A stretch of 64,000 bases of DNA, from assembly GCA_052426225.1 (NCBI GenBank), contig JBNJNM010000009.1, forward strand, positions 1,116,001-1,180,000, given 5' to 3'. Position 1 is the stretch's first letter; each line of letters starts with the position of its first letter. The stretch is from Zancudomyces culisetae HAW-14-8 (Eukaryota; Fungi; Kickxellomycota). The translations under genes and the position numbers were made by a program. This document shows positions 61,101 to 64,000 of this stretch, one piece after another. Under the pieces are notes generated by a model. That model searched no databases and was not told the origin of the DNA. It saw only the letters and a program-made list of their open reading frames with translations.

Positions 61101-62298
61101 TGCTCACATACAGTTTTTCATTTTCTGGAATTCCCAGTAAAACTGAACGCGATAAAATATTGTCCATTTTATAGCAGAAAAAAAAATAAAGAGCATCAAA
61201 TTTCGAATTTTGAGCAGGATTGATTTTTAGATCCTCGCTATGCGCTAAATATGTATAAAAAAAGTAATAGAAGCAAATAAAAATTGATGGCAAGATATTA
61301 AAGAGCAAAAAAAATACAGCAAATCTATCAAATAGGTAAACAATACTCCCAAAGTAGACATAGTAATTCATTCACGAGTCAAGATTCTAACATCCTGTTT
61401 ATTTATTGCCCTTGGAAAAATAGTTGGCATGACTGACGGGGCCAATCAGATGGAACTTTCAAAAGCGTCTTTTATTATATTTCTAGTAATGTAGATGCTG
61501 TACATGAACAATGAAAAAGAAAGGCATAATATCCATCAGCTCGAAACGTCCCAACATTATCCGCTATGACTGTATTAAAACCCCATCAAATCTTACTATG
61601 AGGAATGGATGATCAAACTGACGCATACACTGCTTTTTATATATGAAGTTGCTTGATCATTATTCCCATAAAAAAACAGTTCAAAGTGGTATTAATTGAT
61701 ACCAAAAACACCCCCCCCCATGTTATTTGAGGTATGTACATGTGGTGCAGGGGCTCAAGGTGTTAACTCTGAAAGAATGAGCACTTGATATCACATCCAG
61801 CATTGAGATATATTTAGCTGAAGTTCAATTTGATTTTTTCATGGCACTCTTACAAATACGAGTTTCTATGCAGGTGGAGCTTAAGTGTCACTCAACGCAT
61901 GTATTATCCTTTCTTTTTTGCGTTTTAGCAAAGACCCGTCCCTCTTCCTTCTCACTTTAAGATCTCAAAGGAAAAATAATTTTAATTTTTACTGGGGGGA
62001 GTAAATGAAGTTGAGTCCCTTTGCTTTTGATTTCTGGTAAGCTCCCTCTCGATTTGCAACCCATATTCCACATCCAGCATACACACTGAATTTTAAAAAT
62101 ATCAAATCTAACACTTATACAAAAAAAAACCCAGCGAGTTGAATCGAAATTAAGCTAACTATTTTCTTTTCGCTTTTTCATTTTCCAATTTCTTCGTACT
62201 TTCCTGGAGCTTGGTCACTTATAGTAGTACTTTAAGCTACAAATTAATCGCTTGCTGCATTTTAGTTTTAACCAGGCGATTTTACGACAATATTCGAC

Positions 62299-64000
62299 AT
62301 GACATTAAGTGGGGTTAAGCGTAAGTACCATAAGATGCATTTCATTCTTACCCTAGATTTATCCTTGTTGAAAGACATAAACAAATTGTAAATACATAGA
62401 ATACTTTGCCTCAACTCCTGGGAAGGTGATAATAACAGGCGAACATGCAGCGGTATATGGGAAGGTCGGTTATCTGAACAGCATTCTACATACTCGATTG
62501 AGTTTAAAAGTATTAATACTGGTGTATACAACATGAAACTTTTTTTAAAATTTGTTTTTAGGCTGTCATAGCTGCAAGTGTAGATTTGCACATGTATGTG
62601 TACTCCAAAGAAATCGAACCAAAGAAGATTCTTGTTAATTTTATGGATATTGGCTTCGAATTCGAATGTCCCACGGAATGCCTATTTGCTTTAAAACCAG
62701 CTGGTTAGTATGCCTTTTTTTGTTTTGGATGTAGTAATGCTTGAAAGGTATTGGAAAACAGGGTGTGACATTATAAAAAATAATAGGCAAGAGTGAGATA
62801 GGACATCCAGGCGAGATTGAAGAGTTAGCCAAGTCTCTAGAGACAAAAGGATTGATAAAAATACCTGAAAATACGGCTATGGCATCTGCTCTTTATGTAG
62901 TTCTGTTTTTGTACTCATCGTTGATTCCTGTTGAAAAAAGGTTAGCTATGCCACTTCACTAATGTTAACGTTTCGTACGCCGGAATACTATACTCGTAAA
63001 ACATCAAGTGTTCTGATAGATATAAACGCATGTACGAATAAAAATAAAGGGATAGAGGTTTGGAGATCAGCATAAGATCCACAATACCGATTGGGGCGGG
63101 GCTGGGATCCTCTGCTGCGTATGCTAGTTCGTTGACAGCAATCATGCTACAAGCCAGCGGAGTAGTCGATAAAGCCACAGTAGACAGCGAGGAATTTCTG
63201 CAAAAAGTAAATGCTTGGGCGTTTAAAGCGGAGCAGGTTGTGCATGGAACACCATCGGGTGTAGATAACACTGTAGTTACATTTGGAGGGTTTGTCAAGT
63301 TTGAAAAGGACAAGTCAATTGTAAACATTACTAACAATAATACAGACAATGGAGGTCTTGAGCTGGAGTTTTTGATTGTGGATACCAAAGTTCCCAAAAA
63401 CACAAAGGCAATGGTCGCGGGTGTAAGGAAGAGATATGATGCAGCCAGAACCGAGACTGAGGCTCTTTTGAATCAAATTCATGGCATAAGTAACAAGCTT
63501 TTCTCAATCCTTGAGTATGCTCAGGAACCAAAATCTACACCTGGGGTAAACAAACCTCTTGGCGACAAATTGGAAGGTGTCGATCTGGACAATTTAGAGT
63601 CTGCTATTTCAGTAAGTTCTTTTCTTTTCTTTTTATTAATTTATTTTTACTTGCCTAACTGGCCAACTATTCAAGTTTGGTTTAGACAAATATCTTTTAA
63701 AGAAAATGAAAACATGTAGAAATGTATAGACGAAAATCATCTCGTGTTAGAAAAACTTGGAGTAAGTCATCCAGTTCTGGAACAAGTAAAGTCCATAGCT
63801 AATTCGTTTGGATTTGCATCCAAGCTTACTGGTGGCGGAGGAGGAGGGTGTGCACTAGTATTTATTTCGAAACATGGAAACAAGGCTGAAACCGAAGAGA
63901 ACCGCGAATTGGTTATATCTAGTCTGGAAAGCAAAGGGTTCAAATGTTATCCGGCATTTCTGGGCGTAAAAGGTGTGCGGACTATTTCTGGACTTGAATT
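62299..64000 (+). CDS. ERG12: Mevalonate kinase, multi-exon, runs off window end
   Basis: STPGKVIITGEHAAVYGK, GHMP motif PIGAGLGSSAA, HGTPSGVDN, LGVSHP, SKLTGGGGGGC. Confidence 0.95.

Noticed and set aside
1-64000. Transposon ORFs, CRISPR arrays, rRNA
   Set aside because: No transposase/RT motifs, repeat-spacer arrays or rRNA sequence seen

Overview
Eukaryotic, AT-rich, intron-containing genomic DNA with short spliceosomal introns. The gene set is fungal and looks like an early-diverging fungus, possibly a Harpellales/Zoopagomycota insect-gut fungus (inference only). I reconstructed 19 protein genes by hand and one tRNA. In order: a partial RRM gene, VPS27, tRNA-Ser(AGA), a sugar porter, PCK1, HGH1, an orphan, ARL8, LNP1, GID8, a BBOX/AIM17-like dioxygenase, RQC2/NEMF, an RBM26/27-like gene, NOG1, VPS29, 9-1-1 clamp RAD9, GTR2, a 1741-aa secreted S1 protease with mucin-like stalks and four Cys-bounded beta-rich modules, 14-3-3 and a partial ERG12. 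The most striking unexplained structure is a non-coding, collinear, diverged ~1.2-kb palindrome (35479-36652) filling the divergent RQC2/RBM26 intergenic region. It lies inside a ~20-kb block (about 28.4-49 kb) rich in simple repeats and divergent proteins; candidate explanations are an inverted-repeat centromere, a mirrored bidirectional promoter, an ncRNA pair or a foldback fossil. The second highlight is the modular protease, whose twin repeat domains are homogenised except for one 60-bp hypervariable patch. Exon boundaries are manual and unverified by transcripts.
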